Notes under the pieces: model-generated
Database searches by the model: none
The model's input: the letters and a program-made list of their open reading frames with translations, nothing else
Told to the model about the DNA's origin: nothing
Program-made: the position numbers and the translations under genes
Part shown: positions 48,037-56,932 of the stretch, piece by piece
How positions within the stretch are numbered: the stretch's first letter is position 1
Layout of the letters: each line of letters starts with the position of its first letter
Assembly (NCBI GenBank): GCA_029974835.1
Contig: JARKQN010000089.1
Coordinates: 4,499 to 68,498 of the forward strand
DNA: 64,000 nt
Source: Bacteroidales bacterium
GTDB lineage: Bacteria > Bacteroidota > Bacteroidia > Bacteroidales > VadinHA17
Reading direction: 5' to 3'

Positions 48037-48510
48037 TCAGATCTGATGTTTCCGGGCATATTCCATATAACATGCCACCTTGGGTTCCGAAGGTGTTCCG
48101 GGCTGCCATTTTGATTCCATCCAGACTCTTACAATCTGTTTGGCAACTTCGGTTCCTGTGGTGAAGGCGCCCATTGTAAGCACATTGGCATTATTACTTT
48201 TTATGGCTCTTTCCGCCGAATAGGTGTCGGAGCAGAGTGCTGCATAAACTCCGGGAACTTTGTTTGCCGCGATACTCATGCCGATGCCTGTCCCGCAAAG
48301 AAGTATACCCCTGTCAAATTCACCCGCAGCCACTGCTTCACCAACTTTAAATGCAACCCTTGCATATATCGGATCATCACTGCCAAAATCCTTTACTGCA
48401 AATCCCATCTCTTTCAGCAGCGAAATAATTATCTCTTTAAGAGATGATGCATTCGGGTCGCAACCGATTGCCACACTAATTTTTTTCTCTCCTGAAGGTA
48501 AATTACTCAT
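48037..48510 (-). CDS. RpiB/LacA/LacB-family sugar-phosphate isomerase (second copy in window)
   Basis: 157 aa with IGCDPNA and LCGTGIGMSIAANK (catalytic Cys loop). It is the first gene of the minus-strand operon facing the HTCS gene. Confidence 0.8.
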   Translation of the reverse strand: MSNLPSGEKKISVAIGCDPNASSLKEIIISLLKEMGFAVKDFGSDDPIYARVAFKVGEAVAAGEFDRGILLCGTGIGMSIAANKVPGVYAALCSDTYSAERAIKSNNANVLTMGAFTTGTEVAKQIVRVWMESKWQPGTPSEPKVACYMEYARKHQI

Positions 48511-48591
48511 TACTTAAATAGTTTTGGTAAATTAAAAATGCATTTTTCCCCTCATGCCCGTGTGCAATAATAGTGAAAATTAAGTTGACCG

Positions 48592-48633
48592 GATTCATAA
48601 ATTATGTTAATTGATTCATAAATTATGTTAATT
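48592..48633. repeat. Perfect tandem direct repeat, 2 x 21 bp (GATTCATAAATTATGTTAATT)
   Basis: I counted base by base: copy 1 is 48592-48612 and copy 2 is 48613-48633, and they are identical. It lies in the divergent intergenic region, 82-123 bp upstream of the rpiB2 start. Confidence 0.95.
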
Positions 48634-48790
48634 TTAGCCGCAGAAGGCGCAGAATGGCATGATTTATCTGCCCTGAAAAGTCTAAAAATTACCTGATGAA
48701 TGATTTTTTAAAGGAATAGCGGAAATATTATACGGCTATATTCGTAATATCATTAATTTTCAAGCTGTCAAATTCAGGGTATATTTTTAA

Positions 48791-51700
48791 ATGAGGAATT
48801 TGTTTTTTACGCTGATATTCACGCTGTTAGCATCATCCATTGCGGGGAAGCCCTACTATTTCAGGCATTACAGGATTGATAACGGCCTCCCTAATAATAC
48901 AGTCGTTGATTGCATCCAGGACAGCAGGGGATTTCTATGGTTTGGGACAAAAGAGGGTCTGGCCAGATTTGACGGGTACCAGTTTAAGGTATTTCTTCAT
49001 AATCCCACGGCCAAAAACAGTGTGATCAGCAATTTTATCACGGCTCTTGCCGAGGACCGTGACGGTTGGATATGGATAGGAACTCCGGACGGCCTGTGCT
49101 ATTACCTGCCGGATAACGATTATTTCGGGGTCTTGGTTGCAGGTGAAAATCAGAAAATAAAAGAGATGGTTCTTGATGTGGAAGCAGACCATGAAAACAA
49201 TTTATGGATAGCAACCTTTCTGGGAGTATATAAACATAACAAGAAAACCGGTGAGACGGAATACTTCTCTTCAGCCGGGAACTTTTTCCCCCGGAGTATC
49301 ACTGTTTCCAGAAAGGGGGAAGTCTGGATCTCATCACTTAATGGCAGAATCTACAATTACATCAGTCAGACAAATTCGTTTGAGGGATACACAATTCTGA
49401 CGGAAAAGGAACTGGAAGCCTCAGTCAGACCCGGCAATATCCTTGACGCCGGTGATTATGGATTAATCATTACTACAGATATTGCCGGGTTAAGGCATTT
49501 CAACCGGAATACCGGATCAGTTGAAACTTTATTCCCAAACGATGACAGGCTGAAAAGTACTTATATCAGGACAACTTTTCTTAACCAGGAGGGTGAAATC
49601 TGGGTTGGCACTGAAACCGGGATTTACATTTACAATCTTTCAACTGGTTTTGTAAAGAACCTCAGCATGGTTAATACGGATCCATTCTCGCTTTCAAACA
49701 ACGCAGTCAGAAGAATTATCAGGGATAAGGAGGGAGGAATATGGGTTGCAACTTTCTACGGAGGGGTAAATTACCTGCCTCAGGAAAGCAAGTATTTCGA
49801 GAAATATTATCCCACCGGAGAAGCGGGTTCGTTAAACGGGAATGTAGTAAGGGAGATCAGGGATGACTCATTTGGGAATATCTGGCTCGGGACAGAAGAT
49901 GCAGGGCTGATAAAACTTGACAGGAAGACCGGTTATTTTTCCAACATAACTGCCGACAGGAATAACGTCATGATTGAGAGCCGTAATGTGCAGGGCATTC
50001 TTGTTGACGGGAACGACCTCTGGATTGGCACCTACGATGAAGGAATATATGTTCTGAATATTCCGTCAATGAGAATAAGAAATCATTTTAGTTTTAATGA
50101 CAAAAAGAGCGGCCTGAGAACAAATTCAGTAATAACATTTCTGAAAACCCACGACGGGGTTATATTTGCCGGCAGCGCCAACGGAATATACCAGTATAAC
50201 CGCGATACAGGCACATTCAGGTATCTCGATGATGTAGCTGCAGGTACATTTATCCACGTTCTTTTTGAGGCAAGTGACAATACAGTATGGATAGGCACTT
50301 ATGGACGGGGGCTATATAAATTTGACAGACTAAGCGGGTTATGCCGGAAAATCGTATCGGAAAAAGGAGATTACGATAAGCTGAGGAATGAATACATAAC
50401 TTCAATTTCTGAGGATAACCAAAAAAGGATCTGGTTTACAACGGAAGGAAACGGGTTCAGTTCACTTAATCCAAGTTCCGAGGAAATTGTCAGATATATC
50501 CCCGGCCGTAACGTTGATTTTTCCATATACTGCGCCATGCTCCATGATGGCAGGGGTAACCTCTGGATAACATCCACCAGGGGCCTACTGCGGTTTGACC
50601 CCGGTACCGGAGAATACGTTACCTTCACGAAAGATGACGGTCTTCTTGATAACACTTTCAGTTACAACTCGGCCTTCAGGGACAAGGATGGCAAAATGTA
50701 CTTCGGCACAATGAAGGGCCTGGTCTCCTTTTACCCTGAGCAGATAAAGGAAAACTCCTATAATCCGCCTGTGTTTCTGACCGGCCTCCAGGTAAACGGC
50801 AGGGAATATTTTATTAATACCGAAGGCGTGCCGGAAAACAAATCTTCGCTTATAGCCGACAGGATAACCCTGAAACATTTCCAGTCCTCAATCAGTATAG
50901 ATTTTGTATCACCCACATTCACCAATCCTAACCAGACGAAATACAAATACATTATGGAAGGATCGGACCATGACTGGATTATGATTTCGGGGAACAGGAA
51001 AGTGTACTATACAAACATGGCACCGGGCAAATACAGGTTTAAGGTTTTATCCTCAAATGACGGCAGGAACTGGAACCAGCAGCCTGCAATCCTTAATATC
51101 AGGATTACCCCGCCTTTATGGTTTTCGGGCCCGGCTTATGCTGTTTATGCACTGATTTTCTTGTTGCTGATTTACACCATATTTAGTTTCTATTTAAAAA
51201 AGAAAGCCCTGGAGCAGCAGCGAAAAATAGATATTCTCGAAACGAACAGGGAGAGGGAGATACTGAACGCGAAAATTAATTTCTTCACCAACATCACCCA
51301 CGAAGTAAGAACCCCCCTTACCTTAATTAAAGGACCACTGGAGAGAATATTAAAGAACGGATTGAAAAACACAAAGGACAATGAAGAGAATCTCCAGATA
51401 ATAAAAAGAAATACCGACAGGCTGCTGCATCTGACAAACCAGCTTCTTGATTTCAGGAAGACTGAAAAGGAGATGTTGCGTCTCAGCCTTACAAAGGCTG
51501 ATTTGTGTGAGGTCATTGAATCAGCTTTTAATGTGTTTTTGCCGTACAGCAGTGAAAGGATGATTTCACTGCAGTTTCATTCACCGGTAAAACAATATTA
51601 TTTTGCACTCGACAGGGAGATAATCACCAAGATAATCAGTAACCTGCTCTCTAATGCGGTTAAATTTGCAAATTCAAAAGTTGACCTTTTTCTCGAGGCA

Positions 51701-52792
51701 GAGACAGGAACGGAAAAATATATAAGGATCAGGGTTAACAGCGACGGACCGCTGATACCGGCTGAACAGAGTGAAAAGATTTTCGAACCGTTTTTCCAGC
51801 TTGGTTCTGAAAAATCCACGGAGAAGGGAACCGGTCTCGGCCTTTCACTGGCACGCTCCCTTGCAGAGCTGCATCACGGCAGGCTCTATCTTGACACAAA
51901 AGTCAGGGAGTTTAATTCTTTTGTACTCGAACTGGAGAAAGACCAGGGAGAACCGATTCAGACGGGAGCCAGTCAGCAGGAAGAGACATCATTTGAACAG
52001 CATGATTTTGATTTTTTCGGCGCACTCGACAACCTTAAGCCCAATATATTGCTGGTGGAGGATGAGGTTGAAATGGGGAAGTTTATTGCGAAGGAATTAT
52101 CGGCTGATTATAATGTTATACTGGTATACAGCGGAATGGAAGCCCTCAAGGCACTTAAAAAATATAATATCGCTCTTATTGTAAGTGATGTCATTATGCC
52201 GGTTATGAACGGGTATGAACTTTGCAGGCAGGTAAAGGCAGATATTGAGTACAGCCACATACCGGTTATCCTTCTTACGGCAACGATTCATCTTAATGCC
52301 AAGATTGAAGGCCTGGACGCAGGGGCCGACGCATATATTGAAAAGCCTTTCTCGACGGAGCTCCTTCTTGCCCAGATAGCAAACCTGATAAAGAACCGAA
52401 GCCTCGACCGGCAGAATTTTATTAATACACCACTCGCCCATTTTAAAACGGTGGCAATGAATAAGACTGATGAAGAATTTCTTAAGAAGCTTCACGGGAT
52501 CCTTATGGAGAATATTTCGGAAAACGACCTGAGTGTGGAAAAAATTGCCGATTTAATGGGGATAAGCGTATCAACTCTTTACCGCAAGGTAAAAGCCCTT
52601 ACCGATCTGAACACGGTGGAATACATAAGATTTGCCAGGCTAAAGAAGGCAGCCGAATTATTGTCGGAAGGTAATTACAGAATAAATGAAATATCCTATC
52701 TCGTAGGATTTTCATCACCCTCATATTTCGCCACAAGTTTCCAGAAACAATTTGGGATTTCTCCCTCACAGTTTGTCAGGAAGCTGAAGTAA
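48791..52792 (+). CDS. Hybrid two-component system sensor kinase/response regulator with AraC-type HTH (HTCS)
   Basis: 1333 aa. Reg_prop beta-propeller repeats (e.g. G.LWFGT..GL) and a Y_Y_Y-like region are followed by a TM segment. Further motifs are HisKA ITHEVRTPLTLI, HATPase GTGLGLSL, REC ILLVEDE...SDVIMPVMNG, and an AraC HTH tail GFSSPSYFATSFQKQFGISPSQF. Confidence 0.93.
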   Translation: MRNLFFTLIFTLLASSIAGKPYYFRHYRIDNGLPNNTVVDCIQDSRGFLWFGTKEGLARFDGYQFKVFLHNPTAKNSVISNFITALAEDRDGWIWIGTPDGLCYYLPDNDYFGVLVAGENQKIKEMVLDVEADHENNLWIATFLGVYKHNKKTGETEYFSSAGNFFPRSITVSRKGEVWISSLNGRIYNYISQTNSFEGYTILTEKELEASVRPGNILDAGDYGLIITTDIAGLRHFNRNTGSVETLFPNDDRLKSTYIRTTFLNQEGEIWVGTETGIYIYNLSTGFVKNLSMVNTDPFSLSNNAVRRIIRDKEGGIWVATFYGGVNYLPQESKYFEKYYPTGEAGSLNGNVVREIRDDSFGNIWLGTEDAGLIKLDRKTGYFSNITADRNNVMIESRNVQGILVDGNDLWIGTYDEGIYVLNIPSMRIRNHFSFNDKKSGLRTNSVITFLKTHDGVIFAGSANGIYQYNRDTGTFRYLDDVAAGTFIHVLFEASDNTVWIGTYGRGLYKFDRLSGLCRKIVSEKGDYDKLRNEYITSISEDNQKRIWFTTEGNGFSSLNPSSEEIVRYIPGRNVDFSIYCAMLHDGRGNLWITSTRGLLRFDPGTGEYVTFTKDDGLLDNTFSYNSAFRDKDGKMYFGTMKGLVSFYPEQIKENSYNPPVFLTGLQVNGREYFINTEGVPENKSSLIADRITLKHFQSSISIDFVSPTFTNPNQTKYKYIMEGSDHDWIMISGNRKVYYTNMAPGKYRFKVLSSNDGRNWNQQPAILNIRITPPLWFSGPAYAVYALIFLLLIYTIFSFYLKKKALEQQRKIDILETNREREILNAKINFFTNITHEVRTPLTLIKGPLERILKNGLKNTKDNEENLQIIKRNTDRLLHLTNQLLDFRKTEKEMLRLSLTKADLCEVIESAFNVFLPYSSERMISLQFHSPVKQYYFALDREIITKIISNLLSNAVKFANSKVDLFLEAETGTEKYIRIRVNSDGPLIPAEQSEKIFEPFFQLGSEKSTEKGTGLGLSLARSLAELHHGRLYLDTKVREFNSFVLELEKDQGEPIQTGASQQEETSFEQHDFDFFGALDNLKPNILLVEDEVEMGKFIAKELSADYNVILVYSGMEALKALKKYNIALIVSDVIMPVMNGYELCRQVKADIEYSHIPVILLTATIHLNAKIEGLDAGADAYIEKPFSTELLLAQIANLIKNRSLDRQNFINTPLAHFKTVAMNKTDEEFLKKLHGILMENISENDLSVEKIADLMGISVSTLYRKVKALTDLNTVEYIRFARLKKAAELLSEGNYRINEISYLVGFSSPSYFATSFQKQFGISPSQFVRKLK

Positions 52793-52812
52793 GGAGGGAG
52801 AAACCCCGGTTG

Positions 52813-54333
52813 TTATTTTAATGGTATTTCAAATTGTGTAAGCGAGTGTGCAGGGAATGTATGGCGAATTGAGTTACCTTTAAATTTAATCTCCCTGGTT
52901 ACAATTTTTACTTCCTCCTTTGTTGGAGTGTTGGTCGAATTGATAGTTTCTCCGTTTATTTCATGAGCCTTCGCAATGCCGGTATATTCACCCGACTGCA
53001 ATACAATATCTGCCGGGATGGCTTTTGTTTCGTGCTTGTTGATTACGTTAAGGACTATAGTCTTTTTTGATTCGTTCAGCGAAGCAGAAACGTCAAGATA
53101 CGGAATATCCTTATAGAGCGGAGTGCTGTATTTCTCGCACATAGTCAGAACATCAAGGGAGGTCCCGAGGCAGTTTTTTGAATAGAGGTAAAAAGGATAA
53201 AAGAGGGTATTTTTGTAAACGCCGTCGGGAGAGCTGCCCGCCAGGCTGGTAAGGAATGTAAGATTTGCCATTTTAACCACGTCGGCATTGCGGATGAATG
53301 AGTTCAGGTGCTGTGCCAGCATAAGTGAACCTGCAAGGCTGTTGCCTCGTGCGCTGTATTCGTCAAATGATATATACACCGGCCTTTTTGAACCTGATTT
53401 TTCCATTGCCTTCTCAATAAGCCCCTTGGTAATTTTTATCAGCTTATCAATTTCGGCGCCAAGCGACATCTGGTTTGCAAAGCTCTGCTGATCCTGCAAC
53501 CCTCTCAGGGCCTGTGTTGCATACCTGTGTATGGATATATAGTCTATATTGCCAACCATCCTGTCGAGCACATAATCATTCCAGTCGATCCACCCGTCTT
53601 TCGGGTCGTAGTCGGATGTTACAAGAGGATAATTTGACGAGCCTGAAGCAATAATTTTTATGTCCTTATCTACCAGCTGCATAAGTTTGGCAGCCTCATT
53701 TGCAAATTTCACATAATCCTCCTTGTTCTTATGACCCAGCTGCCAGGGCCCGTCAAGTTCGTTTCCGAGAGCCCAGTATTTTACTTTAAACGGCTGTTCA
53801 TTGCCGTATTTTATCCTGAGGTCGGAATAGTATGTACCTTTCGGATAATTGCAGTATTCAACCCAGTGCCGGGCATCGTCGAGTGTTCCGGTACCGGCAT
53901 TGATGCATACAAAATTCTCGGCCCCGATGAGCTTACAGAATTTTACATATTCGTCGGTTCCCATCTGGTTCGTTTCAATACGGTTCCAGGCAATGTCGAG
54001 CCTGGCCGGTCTCTTATCTTTCGGACCTATACCGTCTTCCCAGTTATAGCCGGAAACAAAATTACCCCCGGGCCATCTGATTACGGGCACATTCAGCTCC
54101 CTGATCAGTGCGATCAGATCTTTTCTGAACCCGTTTTCATCAGCGAACCTGGATTCGGGTTCATAAAGACCCCGTCTGGGAGATTCAAGAAAACTGCCGT
54201 AAATGTTCTGGTCAATCGCCCCGATTTTACGGTCGGGGTCAATTTTAATCACGGCAGGTTCCTGCGAAAGCAGCACACCGGAAAACAATCCGTATAAAAT
54301 GATACAAAAAGAAAACATCATCAGCTTTTTCAT
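52813..54333 (-). CDS. GH51 alpha-L-arabinofuranosidase
   Basis: 506 aa with a signal peptide. RWPGGNFVSGYNWEDGIGP and WALGNELDGPWQLGH (acid/base Glu motif) are typical of GH51. Confidence 0.85.
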   Translation of the reverse strand: MKKLMMFSFCIILYGLFSGVLLSQEPAVIKIDPDRKIGAIDQNIYGSFLESPRRGLYEPESRFADENGFRKDLIALIRELNVPVIRWPGGNFVSGYNWEDGIGPKDKRPARLDIAWNRIETNQMGTDEYVKFCKLIGAENFVCINAGTGTLDDARHWVEYCNYPKGTYYSDLRIKYGNEQPFKVKYWALGNELDGPWQLGHKNKEDYVKFANEAAKLMQLVDKDIKIIASGSSNYPLVTSDYDPKDGWIDWNDYVLDRMVGNIDYISIHRYATQALRGLQDQQSFANQMSLGAEIDKLIKITKGLIEKAMEKSGSKRPVYISFDEYSARGNSLAGSLMLAQHLNSFIRNADVVKMANLTFLTSLAGSSPDGVYKNTLFYPFYLYSKNCLGTSLDVLTMCEKYSTPLYKDIPYLDVSASLNESKKTIVLNVINKHETKAIPADIVLQSGEYTGIAKAHEINGETINSTNTPTKEEVKIVTREIKFKGNSIRHTFPAHSLTQFEIPLK

Positions 54334-54765
54334 AGGAGCAGTTTTGGTTTCAACTATTTAAGTTTAAACAAACAATTCACATGCAAGAGTATTTGTTTCT
54401 GAGCTTATAAAGGTAGTAATTCCTGTAAATAAACTTTCTGCTAAAAAATATGTCCGGTTTTATCTTTTTTCCGGGACCCTGAAGAGCAAGCCATAAAATT
54501 CAAGTCTGAGCACATCTGCAGAATCATTTTAAGCAAAATCATTAAAAAGCAAGAAAGGGATTTTTGATTTTCTATTAATGAATTCAGCTTTTTTAACGGT
54601 TATAATTAAATAAAAATGATAAAATTACTTATCATTGCTAAAGATTCATTTATAATCTTTCAGAATGCAATCTTCCCTCTTGCTCCATACCTCCGGAGCG
54701 GGACATTATAAATAATGCAGAGAAGATTTAAGTAATCATCTGCAGTTAATATAAACTGTATACGA

Positions 54766-55572
54766 ATGAAAAACATTGTTAAACAGATAACAGCGGCAGT
54801 TCAGGTAAGGATATTTCTGGTAATGGTCATGTCATTTACGGGATCCGCAATATATTCACAGCAGAATGTTCAGCTTGTAATCGGACAGCAGCCTGTATAT
54901 AAAGTTGCCAGGGCAGGAGAGACAATGAACATAGACGGAAGGATGGATGAGGCTTCCTGGAAAAATGCCGAGGTGCGTTCTCTCGATCATTTCTTCCGGC
55001 TTGATAAGCCTGTTGAAAAACAAAACACAAAATTCAGGATGCTCTGGGACAATGCCGGGCTTTATCTCTTTTTTGAATGCGAGGATACATCACTAACAGC
55101 AAGGGAAACAAATTTTGACGGCAGAACCTATCTCGACGACTGTGCAGAGTTTTTTGTCGTCCCGGTACCCGACAGTATTTATATGCATTTCGGATTTGAA
55201 ATAAATATTACCGAAGTAAGATATGACTATATTGTTTTATGGCGTTACTATAACAACAGGACTTTTTTTATCAGCGGTTATAATCCGCAATATCAGGTAA
55301 AGGCTGTTTGTGACGGTACGATTAATAACGACAAGGACCGTGACAGGGGCTGGACAATGGAATTCGCAATACCTTTTTCGGCATTCAGCAACATAAGCAG
55401 CCTTACACGCCCGGCCCCCGGTGCAAAATGGGCTTTCCAGGCTGTGAGACAGGACAGGAACGCTGTTGATGACAGGTTCCGTTCAACATCCACACTATAT
55501 CCCATTTACAACTACAAGCTGGATGTTCACCAGCCATCACAATTCGGCCTTATGGAATTCGTTGATAAATAA
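54766..55572 (+). CDS. Secreted CBM9-like (carbohydrate-binding family 9 / DOMON-like) protein
   Basis: 268 aa with a signal peptide. The IDGRMDEASWKNAE opening and the LWDNAGLYLFFECED, DCAEFFV and WTMEFAIPF pattern fit CBM9-like domains. Confidence 0.6.
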   Translation: MKNIVKQITAAVQVRIFLVMVMSFTGSAIYSQQNVQLVIGQQPVYKVARAGETMNIDGRMDEASWKNAEVRSLDHFFRLDKPVEKQNTKFRMLWDNAGLYLFFECEDTSLTARETNFDGRTYLDDCAEFFVVPVPDSIYMHFGFEINITEVRYDYIVLWRYYNNRTFFISGYNPQYQVKAVCDGTINNDKDRDRGWTMEFAIPFSAFSNISSLTRPAPGAKWAFQAVRQDRNAVDDRFRSTSTLYPIYNYKLDVHQPSQFGLMEFVDK

Positions 55573-55677
55573 AATAACAGAGACAGACGGTCATTATGAC
55601 CCGGAAAACACAATTACTAATAAAAAACAGCAGAATTTATGCAAAAACATTTCTCCGGTAAAAATGCAGAAAACCTG

Positions 55678-56724
55678 ATGAGATTCAAAAATAAGATTGC
55701 AGTATTTGTTTTATTTATATATTCCTGTTTCTCTGCACAAAGAGCAGAAGCCCAGCAGAATGTGGCAAACATTCCTATGGGAGAAGGCATTACGGCCGTC
55801 AGGTTTTTTGCCTCAACGGTTGATGATGATAACAATGTATGGTTTCTTACTGAATCGGGAATAGTAAGCTTTAACGGTACCAAATGGACATTACATAACA
55901 GGAACAGGAAAGTATCCTCTTCCGGCCTCAAGGGCGTGGTATATGATTTCTCTTCATATGGACCCGAATTGTGGCTTGCCACCGGGAAGGGTGCCACAGT
56001 TGTGAGTCTGCCGGTTGATGCACGTTCGGGGGCCACGACATATTATCCCGACAACTCAAATTTACTCAGCGAAAATGTTCTTGCCGTAGCGGTAGGCAGG
56101 AAGGAACTCAGGTGGTTTGGTACTGACAAGGGTATTGCAGCTTTCAAAGGCAGAAAATGGCTGACAAACAGCTATGCCAGAAAATACCCCGACGGTACAT
56201 TCGAGGATTTTCCTATAACATCACTTGCCACAAGTCCTGACGGAGATTCATTATACATCGGTACCATTGGAGGTGGGGTTTTAAGAGTATACCGCAATGA
56301 GGTTGATGCAGTTTCCGGCGCTTCGGAATACGCGGAATGGGGCCCGATACTTATGCCCTCCGACAATGTGTACAGCATTCATATCACAGCCGACGGCACC
56401 CAGTGGTTCGGCACCGACAAAGGGATTGCAAGGCATAAGGGATACAACACTCTTGAGGGCTGGAGTGTGTTTACCACAAAGGAGGGACTGGCAGATAATT
56501 TTGTGCAGGCAATTAATTCCGATTCAAAAGGTAATGTTTATTTCGGAACCAGAAACGGATTGTCTGTTTTTGACGGAAACAGGTGGGTTACATACAAAAC
56601 AGAAGACGGGCTGGCAAGTAATAATGTTCTGACAATCGCAATTGACAAAAAGGACAGAATATGGCTGGGCACCGATAACGGCGTCACCAGTATTGCCGAT
56701 GGTAAGTTTTTAATTTACAGGTAA
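55678..56724 (+). CDS. Stand-alone secreted two-component-regulator-type beta-propeller (Reg_prop repeats)
   Basis: There are seven repeats of the type xWFGTDKGIaxFxGxxW (VWFLTESGIVSF, LWLATGKGATVV, LRWFGTDKGIAAF, LYIGTIGGGVLRV, QWFGTDKGIARH, VYFGTRNGLSVF, IWLGTDNGVTSI). I prefer the start at MRFKNKIAVF (55678) over 55639. Confidence 0.7.
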   Translation: MRFKNKIAVFVLFIYSCFSAQRAEAQQNVANIPMGEGITAVRFFASTVDDDNNVWFLTESGIVSFNGTKWTLHNRNRKVSSSGLKGVVYDFSSYGPELWLATGKGATVVSLPVDARSGATTYYPDNSNLLSENVLAVAVGRKELRWFGTDKGIAAFKGRKWLTNSYARKYPDGTFEDFPITSLATSPDGDSLYIGTIGGGVLRVYRNEVDAVSGASEYAEWGPILMPSDNVYSIHITADGTQWFGTDKGIARHKGYNTLEGWSVFTTKEGLADNFVQAINSDSKGNVYFGTRNGLSVFDGNRWVTYKTEDGLASNNVLTIAIDKKDRIWLGTDNGVTSIADGKFLIYR

Positions 56725-56932
56725 ATATATCACACAACCTTTAAATGTGAGAAGTCTTCTCACATAAAGATGGATCTTTTTCCTTCAAGGGCTGTATCCA
56801 TATAATTTTACGAAATATTGCTTTTACAGGCATTTAGGAATAATCGTGATTAAATTTCTTCATTATAACGTTTAAAATAGATTAATTTTACGAAAGTTAA
56901 TTTTTACCGGCTGGAACAAATTTGAGTACCTG

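Noticed and set aside
48008-48109. A 34-aa N-terminal extension of the transketolase N-subunit.
   Set aside because: It would overlap the upstream RpiB-like gene by 73 nt. It has no similarity to transketolase N-termini, and Met35 (MDQLELLN) gives the usual subunit length.
48520-48527. A TAgtTTTG box on the plus strand, considered as the HTCS promoter.
   Set aside because: It lies about 264 nt upstream of the HTCS ATG and immediately next to the rpiB2 start on the other strand. The position is not convincing without transcription start data.
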